From: Octopus vulgaris | Lineage: Eukaryota | Assembly: GCA_951406725.2 (NCBI GenBank) | Contig: OX597817.1 | Coordinates: 121,272,001-121,336,000 of the forward strand | Reading direction: 5' to 3' | Length of the DNA stretch: 64,000 nucleotides | Shown: positions 38,976-55,339 of the stretch, one piece after another | Numbering within the stretch: position 1 is the first letter of the stretch | Layout: every line of letters begins with the position of its first letter | Notes under the pieces: model-generated | The model's input: the letters and a program-made list of their open reading frames with translations, nothing else | Databases searched by the model: none | What the model was told of the DNA's origin: nothing | Position numbers and translations under genes: made by a program

Positions 38976-39984
38976 ATGGGCTTCTCCACCGTTTCTCTCT
39001 GCCAATTCCACCTAGCATACGTTGGTCAGCCTGTGGCTATGGTAACAGGCATATGCCGAAGTAAGTGCGAGTTGGGACTGAACCAGATATTACATGTTTG
39101 CAAACCGAGGGCCACTGTTATACAGAAATTTATTTGTTCCCGCATACAGAAGCGCATGCACGCGCATGTAATCATCTATTGGTTTCTTTAGCGGTCTATA
39201 TATGTTTGGCACAAAAACCTGTAAACAAATATCTCTTTATCCCTGTTTGCATGTATGTATGTGTGTGTTATGGTGTGTCTATAAGCATGCATATACATAT
39301 ATGTATATATATATATATCCTTTCATATGTGTCTGTACGCGTTTCTGTGAGTGTTTGTGCATGTGTGTGAATCTGTATTTGAATGCATGTGTGTGTGTGT
39401 GTGTGTGTTTACACGCTATGTTTTCTTAACAATGCAGAACGCTGATTGTTGCCATAGAAACGGCAGTTCTTGTCTTCTTGTTATTTTTTCAGTGTTCAAA
39501 GAAATCAGGTATTTTATTCGCAATTGGAGGCGGTGGTGGGGATGGATATACAGAAGAACTGGTAAATAATATAGGATTATTAAAAGAATACCAGCCAACA
39601 GAATCAGCGCTAACGCAATGCCTAGTTTTTGAGATGCATTGTTGTTCACAAACAATAATAGTAGCAGTATTTTACCGAACACTTTCAGTACTCACAGCTA
39701 ATATTGATTTCTTATACAGGTATAAGGCCAGAAATTTTGCATAAGAGGTGAACAAGATTATGTTCGTTTATTTTCTGAAATTCTCTTCACTATCAGATGA
39801 GGAGATTTGCTCGAAGTACTAAATATTTCCTTGCCTTAGGGTAACTTAACTGAGTATAATTTCTTTTGTTTTTACAATACTGACTTATTCAGATGTTGAC
39901 TATAAATGTCTTAGGAGTTCTGGGTGATTATGTTGCGTATCTATATTTTTTCCTACAAAATGCACCCTTCCCTTTCGCAAAAGG

Positions 39985-40055
<71 letters not shown>

Positions 40056-40189
40056 TTGGTATCGGGAATATGCTAAAATGTGCTTCAACCAGGATCTGAA
40101 AACTTTGGAAACTTGATTTGCCTTTCACTTTTTTTTCTTTCATTTTACTTGTTGTGACCATGTTGGAGCACCATCAATATTTTTGAAGA

Positions 40190-40580
40190 TACGGGTGTGT
40201 AATAAGAAGCTTGCTATTCAACAACTTGGTTTCGAGTTCAGTCATACTGCGTGGTCGCTGGGGTAAAGTTTTCTATCGTAGCCTCGGTCCGACAAAATCC
40301 TTGTGGACTTGCCAGACAGAAACTAAAAGGAGCCCGACATGTATTTATGCATGTATGTATGCACATCCGTACGTGTGTGCGTGTCTGTGTGTGTATGTGT
40401 GTGTGTATGTGTGTGTTTGTGTGTGTGTGTGTGTCTGTGTTTATCCTCCACTACAGCTTGACAACCGTTATTGATTGTTTGCATCTCAGTAACGTAGCGG
40501 TTCAGCAAAACAGCTGATAGAATAAGTACCAAACTTCAAAATATAAATACTAAAACCCTTCAAGGCGGTGCTCCAGCATG
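40190..40580 (+). mobile_element. SINE family A, old diverged copy
   Basis: Colinear degenerate match ending aaggcggtgctccagcatgg. Confidence 0.7.
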
Positions 40581-40582
40581 GT

Positions 40583-40776
40583 CTCTTTTACTTGTTTCAG
40601 TCATTTGAATGCGGCAATGCTGGAGCACCGCCTTTAATCGAGCAACTCGACCCCGGGACTTATTCTTTTGTAAGCCCAGTACTTTTTCTATCGGTCTCTT
40701 TTGCCGAACCGCTAAGTAACGGGGACATAAACACACCAGCATCGGTTGTCAAGCAATGCTAGGGGGACAAACACGG

Positions 40777-40836
<60 letters not shown>

Positions 40837-40999
40837 GACAAGCTTCTTTCAGTTTCCGTCTACCAAATCCACTCACAAGGCATTGGTCGGCCCGGGGCTA
40901 TAGCAGAGGACACTTGCCCAAGATGCCACGCAGTGGGACTGAACCCGGAACCATGTGGTTGGTTAGCAAGCTACTTACCACACAGCCACTCCTGCGCCT
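40583..40999 (-). mobile_element. SINE family A, full-length young copy
   Basis: Near-identical to the reverse complement of 24096-24515. Confidence 0.92.
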
Positions 41000-41419
41000 A
41001 TCAGTCTAATAACTGAAAGAAATAAAAGATAAAAGATAAAAGTAATTCTCATTATGTTAACCCAAAATGCCAGCTGCACAAATCTCTGCTTTAACAATGA
41101 TATCAATGAACACCCCTCAGCTATGCCACAAGGTGTCATTGCATCATTGATAGATTAATCCGTCACGATTCCTCAGAACAGTAATTTCTACTCTCAGGCA
41201 ATATGATAAGTTCATCCCACGTTATGATCCGAAAGCAAGTTCTTTCTTTATAGTTTTCTTTCTTTTTTTTTTTTAAATAAAATTTTGTCTGAGAAAGCGG
41301 TTGTGCACTTGGAGACTAGGTGGGGGAGGGGCGGAGAATTCTTGAGGCGGAGCGTTTTTGGAAGGAAGAAACAGAGTTAAGCGGTTACCTTTTATCTTCC
41401 ACCACCTGTTGCTGCCATC

Positions 41420-41623
41420 GGACACCGTGGCCATGCATTGGCACCGCCTTGAAGGGTTTAATAGAATAGACCGCCCCAATGTACTTAGGTTTATTATTAA
41501 ACTATAGGTTTAATTTTTGCCGAACCGCTAAGTTAGAGGAACGTAAACAAACCAACGTCGTTTGTCGAGCTGTAGTGGGAACAAACACAAAACAAGCACA
41601 AAGACACACACACATACACATAT

Positions 41624-41675
<52 letters not shown>

Positions 41676-41835
41676 CGACGAGCGTCTTTTAGTTTTCGTA
41701 GCCAAATCCACTCCCAACGGCTTTGGTCAGTCAACAGCTCTAGCATAAAACACTTGCCCGAGGTGGTGCGAACTGGGACTGAACCCAAGACCATATCGTT
41801 GGCAAACAAGCTTATTATTCACACAGCTACACCTG
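41420..41835 (-). mobile_element. SINE family A, diverged
   Basis: gccgaaccgctaagtt...cacttgcccgaggtg...gggactgaaccc. Confidence 0.7.
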
Positions 41836-42734
41836 TGATGAGATTTGAAAGACAAACAAATCGTGTGCGCCTGAGTAATGGTGGCACAAAACCAGCAAGC
41901 ACTGAACATCAGGAATCGTTGTTTTTCTTTGTTTTCCAAATAGCGTAGATCGATGGCATTCCAGCTGTGACAAATTCTTTCTTCTTCAGTCATATTTTAG
42001 GACTAGTTTTATCCAGCGTATCCTTGAATGAGATTTGATTATTTCGAGCTCACCCAGCGACTATGCAATAACGTCCTCATTGATTTGTTTCTATTTATCT
42101 TATTTAATGTTGTGTGCGAGGTCGCCATTAGATATCATGTGTGGTTTGCAAATCCTAACATTTGTAGCTACTTTGAGAGTTTTAGCTGTTACTGTTCGTG
42201 TGTAGAAGAAGGTAAGACTATTTTCTTGACATCTGTAACAATTGTGTCATTGTAATGTGTATATGAGTATATGTGCGTGTTTGTATATGTGTGTGTATAT
42301 GTGTGAGTGTGTGTACTGACGTATTCAGACACACAAATACATATGTTGATAAACATACTATACAACGTGATATATCTGAAATTAAATGTATATGCACCGA
42401 TTGCATGTTTGCACAGATTAGGAAAATTTCTATGCTTAAAGCTTAAATATTTCCTCCAAATGCAACCTAAAAAAAGAACACATTGATGCTTATTCAGTAA
42501 AGTATTTTTTTGCGGGGTTTTAAAAATAAATCGCGTGATTTTTATCGAACGAGGAATGAAATCACTACGTTCTATACATCCACTAAATAAACACGTATAG
42601 ATCCTACTACACAACACACGTTTTTGTTTGCATACATACGCTTGCGTGAGGTCGTGCAAATTGATACGTATTACACAAAAATACGCATATCCATACACTT
42701 AATCACAACTAATCACATAGATGTACGCACATAT

Positions 42735-42792
<58 letters not shown>

Positions 42793-43043
42793 GAATATTG
42801 CATTTACTCTCTAACACGCAACCCCATCACATATATACGTGTACTATGGTTCATTAAATGCATAGATTCTCACTTACGCGCGTGCGCACGCACACACAAA
42901 CACTCATACACACATACATACTCATACATAGATACATATACATATTGTAAGCAGAATCTTTAGAAATAATTTCTCCGGATTTCTCGTTGCCAATCTTCGG
43001 ACGATTATGAAAATGGAACGTAAAGTTTGTTATTTAAAATGTA

Positions 43044-43337
43044 TGGTGCGCGGCTAAGTAGTTGAAGTATCTAGCTCACGATCGCGAGGTTGTGACTTTG
43101 ATATCTGGAAGCATGTTGTGTCCTTGAGCAAGACGCTTTATTTCAGGTTGCTCAAGTCCACTCAGCTGGCAAAAATGACATGTATCTGTATTTCAAAGGA
43201 CCAACCTTCTCACGTTGTTACGCTGAACCTCCCTGAGAACTACGTTAAAGGTACGTGTGTCTGTGGAGTGCTCATCTACTTGCACGTTAATTTCACAATC
43301 AAGCTGTGAAACCTTCACCGTTGTAACCGATAGGGTG
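43044..43337 (+). mobile_element. SINE family C, diverged
   Basis: tgtgtccttgagcaagacgctttatttc...ctgtggagtgctca. Confidence 0.75.
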
Positions 43338-43439
43338 CAGATTTGAATATGATAGCAAAAGTTTGGAAAGATATAACTGATATATATATATTGAAAATTA
43401 TAAAGATAATTTATGATTTCACTAGGTTAATTCTATTCA

Positions 43440-43586
43440 TGAAAATTTAAAATTGAAGTAGGGATATCGTGGAACAGAGAAACTGTGGATGGTACAGATA
43501 ATTTGACATTATGCTTGAATTCTGCACGCAAAAACATATAAGATACAGGTATTTTTTCCTTGGGACAAATTCTTTGTTGACCAGTG
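43440..43586 (+). mobile_element. Possible Chapaev3-like DNA transposon end
   Basis: Ends ...tttgttgaccagtg followed by TTA (CACTG terminus, TWA target); no partner end found. Confidence 0.3.
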
Positions 43587-43660
43587 TTATTTATATCGTA
43601 GTTTACGAATCGAAGCATGAAAACGTTACTCAACTTTGGAGTTTCAGAGGCAAACGCCCC

Positions 43661-43702
<42 letters not shown>

Positions 43703-44853
43703 CACTTATACATTAATGATGTACAGAAATACATGACAGGTATAAAGTAAACACATGCAGACGAATATATTAATATGACAGATTTTAAAAACGATAAAAA
43801 ATAGAATCAATGAAGTGACAAAAGAAACAGTAAGGTGATACATGTTGATTTTATCAGGTATTTCTGTTTATTTAGAAACCTACAATGAACAGGTCAGACG
43901 CTAAATTATAAATTTTACAGGGTACAACCTTAAAGTTGACACCGCTCTGAAAACGCAGAAAATTTCTGCCTCGCTTTTGGCTAAAAATATCCAGTATTTT
44001 CGGTTCTTAAACTTCTGTAACTTCTTTCTCCATTTTTTCCTCTATAACAGCATACCTTCAAAGCTATGAGACTGGAAGTCTACATTATTTTAGATGATTT
44101 TCAGATTTTTTAAAACTTTATTTTAAAAATGCAAATTTTCCGAATAAAAAAAAAGCTAGATCCTAAGTTTATCTAGAAATATATTAGGAAATAAGTATTA
44201 ATTTGTTTTTGATATAGTAGAATTCTAAGTCAACGAGCTGGTAGAATCGTGTGAACGTCGAGTGAAGAAATGCTTAGCGGCATTCCGTCTGTCTTTACGT
44301 TCTAAGATCAAAATCCGTCGAGGTTGACATTGCCTTTCATCCTTTCGAGGTCAAGAAAATAAGTACTAATTGAACACTGGGGTCTACGTAATCGAATTGC
44401 TGGCCTTGTGCCAAAATTTGAAATCAATATAATAGGATCCTGCGTGATTTGAGGGAAATTTAGTTGCGATTTCAAGCAGGTTCATTGACAACGTAGAAGT
44501 TTATTTGTAGGTTAAATCACGAGTACTTTTATTTCAAGTTTTACTATTCAGAGTGCATATAATTGTTAATCATCTGGAAAATAAATGACCTGTCTTAGAA
44601 CAGCGTTTTTGTGTAAAGCTAATTCTCTTAAAACAAATTGAAGAATTCAAATTGTTTTAAGCAATGAATCTCCGTCGGTTTCAGCGATGAGTATTCAGTT
44701 ATTCGATCCACCACAGAACTGTTTGCCTTACCAGGACAACAAGCAACATCAGCATTACCACTATCACTACTAACACCACAACGCCTCCACTATTAACAGC
44801 CACCCCATATTACTACTATTACTGTCACCACCACCACCACCACCACCACCACC

Positions 44854-44905
<52 letters not shown>

Positions 44906-46919
44906 ACTAGTTCATCTCACTGTCTTAAATGTCTTAAAAATAAGAGGGACGTATTGCATGATGTAAATCTGGAGACCATCTCCACAGCAAAAGCACCGTC
45001 GCGTTGGTCATGGTTGAAATATCGTAGATACCTTGCTCATAGGTTTACTTGTTTAGAATTAATGGACTCGGAGTTAAACAATGGCATCAACAACAACCGA
45101 AACAGAACAAGCGCAACAATAAAACTATTAGAAAAATTACAAAAAACGAAAACAAAAATAGCACCACATCAGTAGAGCCAATGGTTGCTTGAAGTGCTGA
45201 AAATAGCCGCCAAATCTCCATCTTGATTGCATCCCACCATCTTAAATGAAAGGGAAGGACACATTGAAAAATGCTATCCTATACCTGGAAATGAAGATAT
45301 TGAGGTAAATTCATTCGACCGCATCTGAACTGAAGGCTAGACATTGAATATGTTTTCCAGCTCTACATGGCCGTAGTCATCACTATCATGTCCTCAACCT
45401 TCACCATCACACCCACCTTCACTACGATAACGGCCATCATCATCATTATCATTATCATCAGCAGCCACCACCGACCCCATCATTATCACTGTTACCACCA
45501 TCACCATAATTGTCATCACTTCCATCTTACCCAATTTCTCAAATCATCTTCTACCACCCCCGCCATCATTATCATCTCTCTCCACCACCATCACTACATC
45601 ATTTTCACCCCCAGCACTTCCACAGTCACTACCACAGCCATCATCATCATAATCATTACCATCACCATCGTCATCATCATCGTCATATTATTTCTGTGTT
45701 AATGAATTTGGACAAAATGTAAAACAAAATTAAGCAAAAACCCCGTTGTTTTGTATCAATTTAATGAAAATATTTATAAAAATCGTTGCTGCTTTTCTTT
45801 TTCTTGAAATTATCATTTTTTTTAAATTGTTGCCTTTTGTTTTTATTTTTATTTTTACAAATTAAGAAATGAGTTTTAGTGTAAAGTAAGTTTTCCAGAA
45901 AATTTAAATCGAAATCGTTTTTGTATCTTCAACTTTTTTATATCATATATATGTGTATGTGTGTGTATGTATATATATGTATGTATGAATATATGTCTCT
46001 CTCTATATATACACGTATATATGTGAAGTGCCATAAATTTATTCCAGACAATTTCCCAATACATTGAAGAATTAGCTTGATAAAGAAAAGAAAGGAAAAA
46101 ATGGTTATTTATACTTGTTCTCTTTCTTTGAATATAATTTCTTTCATAATTATTCTTCCTCTATTTAATGTTCTTCTCAATCGTTTGATATTGATACTTT
46201 TGTTTTCTTTATATTTTCTTGTATTCTTTATTAAATTCTGTCTTTCCTTCTATACATTTTGGCATTTATTTCTCGAGAAAAATTCTCGTCTTGAGCCTCT
46301 GTCTACTACTTTTCTTAAAATCTTTTTTCTGTATTTTGTTATTGTCTTTCTTCGAAATTTTCCGTCTTTTTTTTTTTTTTTACTGTTCTTTATATGTTAT
46401 CAATACTTTTTATATGCAAGAATTAATCAAATGACAAAAAAAAGCCAAAAAACAAAAAACAAAAAAACCAACAACAAAAATCCACAGAACAAGACATAAC
46501 GCAACGAAACATAACAAAACAAACGATATGGACAAACAAGTCACAATTCTAACGAGAATTTACATTATATAATATTGTGTAATACTTTTTATGCTATATA
46601 ATAGTTTAATATACATTTTCGCTCGTTTAAAAAAAAATTAATATTGTTATTGCTTTCGCTCGTCTTATTTTTATTACGTGCTTCCAATGCTCGACAGAAC
46701 GGTAGCCATATGCGCCATAAGCACGTGCAGTGTTTCATCTTTCTTTTCTTTTCTTTTCTTCTTTCTTTTGTTGAAAGTCACTCTACATAAATATGTTTTT
46801 AGCATTTCTGTTTTTAATTCATCCCGATATTTTCGTTTCTCTCTATGTCGAGACATTTATATTTTAATAGTTTCTCAATTTCTCTAAACGATACATTTTA
46901 TCGCGTTTTGGGACCGTTT

Positions 46920-47036
46920 CTTTCCAATCAGGAAACATTTTCTAGCCTGATGGTTCTTGACAACAATGTCTGGTCAAAAGTCCTTAACTTTATTGTCTGT
47001 GTGAAGTGACGTGTCCCAGTATATAGTCACTTTGTC
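46920..47036 (-). pseudogene. REL-endonuclease fragment of an R4/Dong-like non-LTR retrotransposon
   Basis: DKVTIYWDTSLHTDNKVKDF*PDIVVKNHQARKCFLIG resembles the W-D..TD...RPDIVV...C.LID motif. Confidence 0.7.
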
Positions 47037-47097
47037 TTACACTCATTATGAATCTCAGACAACAACGACAACAACAATAATTTCTTAATATTTATAA

Positions 47098-47200
47098 TAA
47101 TCGTGCAAGGAGACCCTGTGAGACCTTTGGCAACAGGTTGCTGTCCGCTCTCACAGAATTATCCAGATCAAGTGAAATCGAGAGCTCTGAAAAGTAAAAT
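47098..47200 (+). mobile_element. Probable 3' end/UTR of a REL-type LINE ending in (TAA)n
   Basis: ataatcgtgcaaggagaccctgtgagacctttggcaacaggttgctgtccgctctcacag..., then taataa repeats. Confidence 0.4.
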
Positions 47201-47250
47201 GGTGTAATAATAATAATTTTTATTATTATTACCCTCCTCCTCCTCCTCCT

Positions 47251-47315
<65 letters not shown>

Positions 47316-47839
47316 CCACCATCACCACCACCGCTACCACCACGATTTTGACACCCAAACAGATAGAACAAGTGAACAAGTGAACAAGTGAACAACATAG
47401 ATGAGATGTCATTGTATATGACAAAAATATAAGAATTCTTCGTGATAAATGTGGCAAATTCTTCAAAACATTGTTGCCAAGGAAGTAAATAAAGATCTCG
47501 AAGTATGGTGAAATGAAAGGAGAGATATTCAGGATGACGGGGTGCAAAATAGCGAAAGTAGGAGTTGCAGCAGTTACCATCGGAACGGTAGTTTCAATCA
47601 GCCCCCCTCCACACACACACACGCACGCACAAACATATCATGTCACCATGAACAGTTGGATATTCGAGCGCTTCAAAAATCATCCCTAGTAGAAATAGCT
47701 CATATTTTCACGAAAATACATATCTAAAACCTTTTGTTAAGGTTTGACAGTCAACTCGAGGAAAAAAACAAAACAGTAAAAGACAATAGACTATTTTATA
47801 GTCATACTATGCAATAAAGTATTATGATAATGATGGTAA

Positions 47840-50128
<2,289 letters not shown>

Positions 50129-50571
50129 CAATGTACCATTCAAATATCTTCCTTCACGTTATTTTTTATTTTGGGGTTCACGACTGGTACGCCTTAGATC
50201 GTACGTCTGTTGGAATAAAGTTGACCAAGGGTTAAACAATTACAACACCACCAACCGAAAGAGACGCTGCAAGTCGTCTGGTCCGAAGCCCTAATAAGTT
50301 GTTCAGTCCAACAATCAGGGCATGTATTTAATTCATCAATTCGTGACGAATGAAGAATAAGGCTGATTTCAACAGAATTTGAAATAAGTGTACAGTGAGG
50401 TTGAACAAATACCACTAGGCAATCTCTCCGATGCTCTAACGATTTAGTCAATTTACTGCTCAAGGGACATAACCCAAGAGAAATACAAATATATTCTCAG
50501 GAACATGTACTGTAGGAGTGCGAGTAAGTTCTAGTGTATATGTGTGTGTGTGTGTGTATCGTTTATTTTTT

Positions 50572-50970
50572 ATTACTTGTTTCAGTCATTAGATTGCAGC
50601 CATGCTGGGGCACCGCCTTGAAGAATTTTTTAGTCGAATAAATTGACGCCAGTACTTATTTTTTAAAGCTTTAGTACTTACCCTATGGATCTCTTTTGCC
50701 GAACCGCTAAATTACGGGGACGTAAACAGATCAACACCGGTTATCAAGTAGTGATGCGACACACACACATACACACACACACACACACATACACACGCAC
50801 ACTCACATACAAGACAGGCTTCTCTCAGTTTCCGTCTACCAAATCTACTCACGGCTTTGGTTGGCTCGAGGCTATAGAAGAAGACACTTGCCCAAGGTGC
50901 CACACAGTGGGACTGGACCCGGAATCATGTGGTTGGGAAGCAAGCTTCCTACCACACAGCCACGCCTGCG
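50572..50970 (-). mobile_element. SINE family A
   Basis: Colinear with other family A copies. Confidence 0.85.
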
Positions 50971-51549
50971 TCTATATGCTTATGATTTTAAATACTGTGT
51001 CACTTTACCTCCCGGAAGTAGGTTCAACCAAGAGAAGCATTAAAGTTGCAGCAAGCTGGAATAGGGTATAGATACAGAATGTGGTGGTGCCCTAGCATGG
51101 CCGCAGTCCAGAGACTGAAGCCATCAAAAGATATGCCTGGTTACTCATATATTTCTTCTTTTAGTTTAACTCGTAATAGTAAATTATATTCGATTTTGTT
51201 GGCTATGCAATGTTACATGACGTCAAAATCAACTAGAAGTCATTGAGATAAACATGTTTATTTATGCAAAACTGCTGAGAGAATTCAAAGATGAAGAGAT
51301 TTTCGGAAGGATGAATAATAAGAAACCCCTCAATGTTTCTCTGTGTCATACTGATTGTATGTTCAAGATGGAAAGATTAATGAGACTTGAAATAGCCAAA
51401 TAAACATTATCCTATGCAATTTTCAAATCCCCATGCGGTTTTGACATTCTTAAAAATTCTGAGGTGGAATGGCTAATCTGAATTTTGGTATCTGAATCGT
51501 TAGGCTTACTCTCCGGAGACAGATATGATTCAATATTTTCAATAGTATT

Positions 51550-51677
<128 letters not shown>

Positions 51678-52004
51678 CCTGTCTGTCTGTCTGTCTGTAT
51701 GTGATCTGTCTGTCTATATAGACATACATATACATACAGAAACATATACATACATGCTTACATATACGTTTGTACGTATACACGTGTGTATTTACGTATG
51801 TATGTATGTTTGTATTTATGTATGTTTGAATCCCTAGCGGATAGCTGATGTTAGAGAGATAATCATTTCTTCATAATATTTGGCGGGATTAGAAGTTTGA
51901 ATTTGAAATTAAGGTATGTGGGTAAAGATCTATAGAATACACTTATTTAAATCTTGACTGTTGCTTACTTATGAAGTTCTTAAAATTTCTAATATAATTC
52001 TTTT

Positions 52005-52320
52005 ATTCTTTTACTGGTTCCAGTCTATGGACTACAGCCATGGCTTATTTCTTAAGCCTAGTACTCATTCTATCGGTCTCTTGGCCGAACCGCTATGTTA
52101 TGGGGACGTAAACTCACAAACACCTGTTGTCAAACGGTGATGGGGACAAACACACACGACGGGCTTCTTTCAGTTTCTGTCTACCAAATCCACTTACAAG
52201 GCTTTAGACGGTCCGAGGCTATAGTAGAAGACAGTTGCCCAAGGTGCCACGCAGTGGAACTGAACCCGGAACCATGTGGTTTGGAAGCAAGATTCTTACC
52301 ACAAAGCCACGCCTGCGCCA
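52005..52320 (-). mobile_element. SINE family A, internally deleted
   Basis: Colinear with other family A copies. Confidence 0.8.
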
Positions 52321-52364
52321 ATGAATTTAATACTAATTCATTTTAACATGTTCTAGTATTTAAG

Positions 52365-52620
52365 GATGTTGCACTCGAGATAGCGAGATTGTGGTTTCAA
52401 TTCCTAGACCGAGTGGTGCGTTGTGTAATTGAGCAAAACACTTCCTCTCACGCTGTTCTAGGATCCCTTCAACACCTAACGAATAATCCACCGTTCAGGT
52501 ATCGTTGATCTGGAGGGGAGTGAACTAATGTACAGCACACACATTTGATCATTATGAACAAATCGTTTGTGCATGTTGTTCAGCAAGAAGTTGTGAAACT
52601 CTCTTTTTTGGACAACGGGA
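52365..52620 (+). mobile_element. SINE, family C-like head with a further distinct tail
   Basis: Tail ggaggggagtgaactaatgtacagcac is shared with the inverted copy at ~63185-63402. Confidence 0.6.
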
Positions 52621-53428
52621 GACAGTCCTCATCAACAGCATCATACAGACACACACACACACACACAAACACGTGTGTAAGTATGTATGATGATGTTGAT
52701 ATCTAGTAGTAGTAGTAGTATTAGTAGAAGTAGTAAGAGTAGTAGTAGTAGCAGCAGCAGTAGTAGTAGTGGTAGTATTAGTAGTAGTAGTAGTAGTGGT
52801 GGTGGTGGTGGTAGTAGTAGTAGTAGTAGAAGAAGAAGAAGAAAAAGAGCATGATGATGATGATGAGGAGAAAAGTTGGAAGAAGAGGGTGAAGAAACGT
52901 CGCCATTTTCTTCTCATAGGTTATTCTATTTTCTAACTTTGAAAAGATGAATTGATACGACCATGTCACTGTCAGGCAGAAGCAAGATTGAAATCACGAT
53001 ATGAATTTACAGATACAGACTTATGCAAATGAAAATAGGTTGGAAAATAAATTCATATATTTAGAAAACAAATTTAAAATTCACAAATTAAGGTATGCAT
53101 TTTTTTTTTTTAGTCTAAGCTGACGCACTAATTCCGTTTTCACCGTATTACATAGGTGAAACGCTACTGTATTTCTATTTAATATGTAATACGCTTCCTT
53201 CGCGTATCGTCCTTCAGCCATATTGTTAACACAGTAGTTAAACTACCAATATTCAACGTATGTTCGATTTCATATTCCTCATTTGGGAATGTGACAATAG
53301 TTTACGATCAAAAGCATTCCAGTCATCATTATTCTATGTTTTGCTTCAGGCATAGTAGCATTACAACTAATTTACTAAGAGTGATTTATATTTTCGAGAG
53401 GCTAACGGGAAGGGAAACTCAACTCCTG

Positions 53429-53667
53429 TTTCTTATTTCTTTATTGCCCACAAGGGGCTAAACGTTGAGGGAACAAACAAGGACAGACAAACGGATTAAG
53501 TCGATTACACCGACCCCAGTGCCTTACTGGTACTTATTTAATCGACCCCGAAAGGATGAAAGGCAAAGTCGACCTCGGCGGAATTTGAACTCAGAACGTA
53601 ACGGCAGACGAAATACGGCTACGCATTTCACCCGGCGTGCTAACGTTTCTGCCAGCTCGCCGCCTTA
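53429..53667 (-). mobile_element. SINE family B, full-length
   Basis: Reverse complement of the 15054-15285 type. Confidence 0.88.
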
Positions 53668-54034
53668 TATCCTGTTTCTACTATATAACTACCATATGCC
53701 TTTATCAAGGACAGTAAGGCAAATTTAAAGCTAATACCATTCTTGTCTGATAAACCAAATAAACACAGAGGTGTCAAAAATCAGGTAAAAATATGCTACA
53801 CAAGATTTACAATGATATCCAGCGAATTTTCATATTAACATTTTGAAAAAACAATGCAAGAGCGATAAGTTGAATAAATGTGTAACATTCATGAGAAACA
53901 AAAATACATTTTCTTGTTATAAACTATTTCTGAGCAACTACTTTTAAAAGCCCTTATATTTTGCTAAATATTATCCTACTCTCAGAAATATCTAATACAA
54001 ATAATCACATGAAAAACAGATTCACTTAATAATG

Positions 54035-54496
54035 ATTTCAAATGTTGGCACACGGCCAACAATGTTGAGGAGGGAGTAAGTCGATTACGTCAACACCAGT
54101 GTTCAACCAGTATTTGTTTTATTGACTGGAAAGGGATGACAGGCAAAGTCGGCCACGGTGGAACTTGAACTCAGAACGTAAAGTCGGACGAAATACCTAT
54201 TTCTTTATTACCCACAAGGGGCTAAACACAAACAAGGACAGACATAGGTATTAAGTCGAGTACATCGACCCCAGCGCGTAACTGGTACTTAATATATCGA
54301 CCCCGAAAGGCTGAAAGGCAAAGTCGACCTCGGCGGAATTTGAACTCACAACGTAACGCAGACGAAATACCGCTAAGCATTTCGCCCGGCGTGCTAACGT
54401 TTCTGCCAGCTCGCCGCCTTAGATTAACTTAATAATAGTAATCGTTTCTACTATTCTGCTAACTCGCCGCCTTATTACTACTACTACTACTACTAC

Positions 54497-54530
<34 letters not shown>

Positions 54531-54690
54531 AACAACAGTCGGACGAAATACCAATAAGCATTTTGCCCAGCGTGCTAACGATTCTGCCAGCTTACCGCCT
54601 TAGATTAGCTTAATAATAGTAATCTTTTCTACTATTCTGCCAACTCGCTGCCTTATTACTACTACTACTATTATTATTATTATTATTATT

Positions 54691-54720
<30 letters not shown>
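54035..54720 (-). mobile_element. Family B SINE chimera plus ~180-bp local tandem duplication
   Basis: Two fused family B units; the segment gacgaaatacc...cttagatta.cttaataatagtaatc...(cta)(tta)(caa) is repeated at ~54360 and ~54541. Confidence 0.75.
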
Positions 54721-54776
<56 letters not shown>

Positions 54777-55339
54777 TAAGCATTATCGCTGTGAAAAGAA
54801 CATCCATTCATGAATTTATATATTATTTGTTTTTAAAATACGTATTTTATCTTTGAATTTGCGTCTGTAATCTGGGAATGCTTACAATGAGCTTCTCTGC
54901 CCTGGGTGTGCGGAAAACACTCGGCGAGAAAAGGAAGAAAATTTGAAGAAAGAAGGAAAAAAAAATAGTTATAAAATAAACGTAATACAGAACTTTTGAT
55001 ATAAACCTAGGAATCAGAGACACAGAGAAGTTTCAAGCACATACACTGTAGTAAGAGGAAACGCTAAAGGAAATCACACTCAGACAATGCTCTGATTAAG
55101 AAAATAATCTATCATTTTGTAAAATTGCACTTTACTTCTAGTCATGAAATACAAAAGGTTTTTAATTAAAATTTCATTCATAATAAGCTTCATAACACCA
55201 AAACACTTTGCTAACACAATATCATTCATTAATGACAAGAAAATGATGATTGACTGTAATTACCTGAAACCAAATAAAATTAACAACCTAAAATGTAATT
55301 TCTATTTGCCAAATGTATATCCATTCAATGTCACTTGCG

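Noticed and set aside
39791-39825. CAGATGA-g-gag..ctc-GAAG hammerhead-like motif
   Set aside because: Two core mismatches and a weak stem I; kept only as a weak member of the window-wide finding
52552-52969. AAAATGGCG start followed by hydrophobic or Ser/Thr-rich ORFs
   Set aside because: They run straight into (CAT)/(CTT)/(CTA) trinucleotide repeats and are low-complexity artefacts
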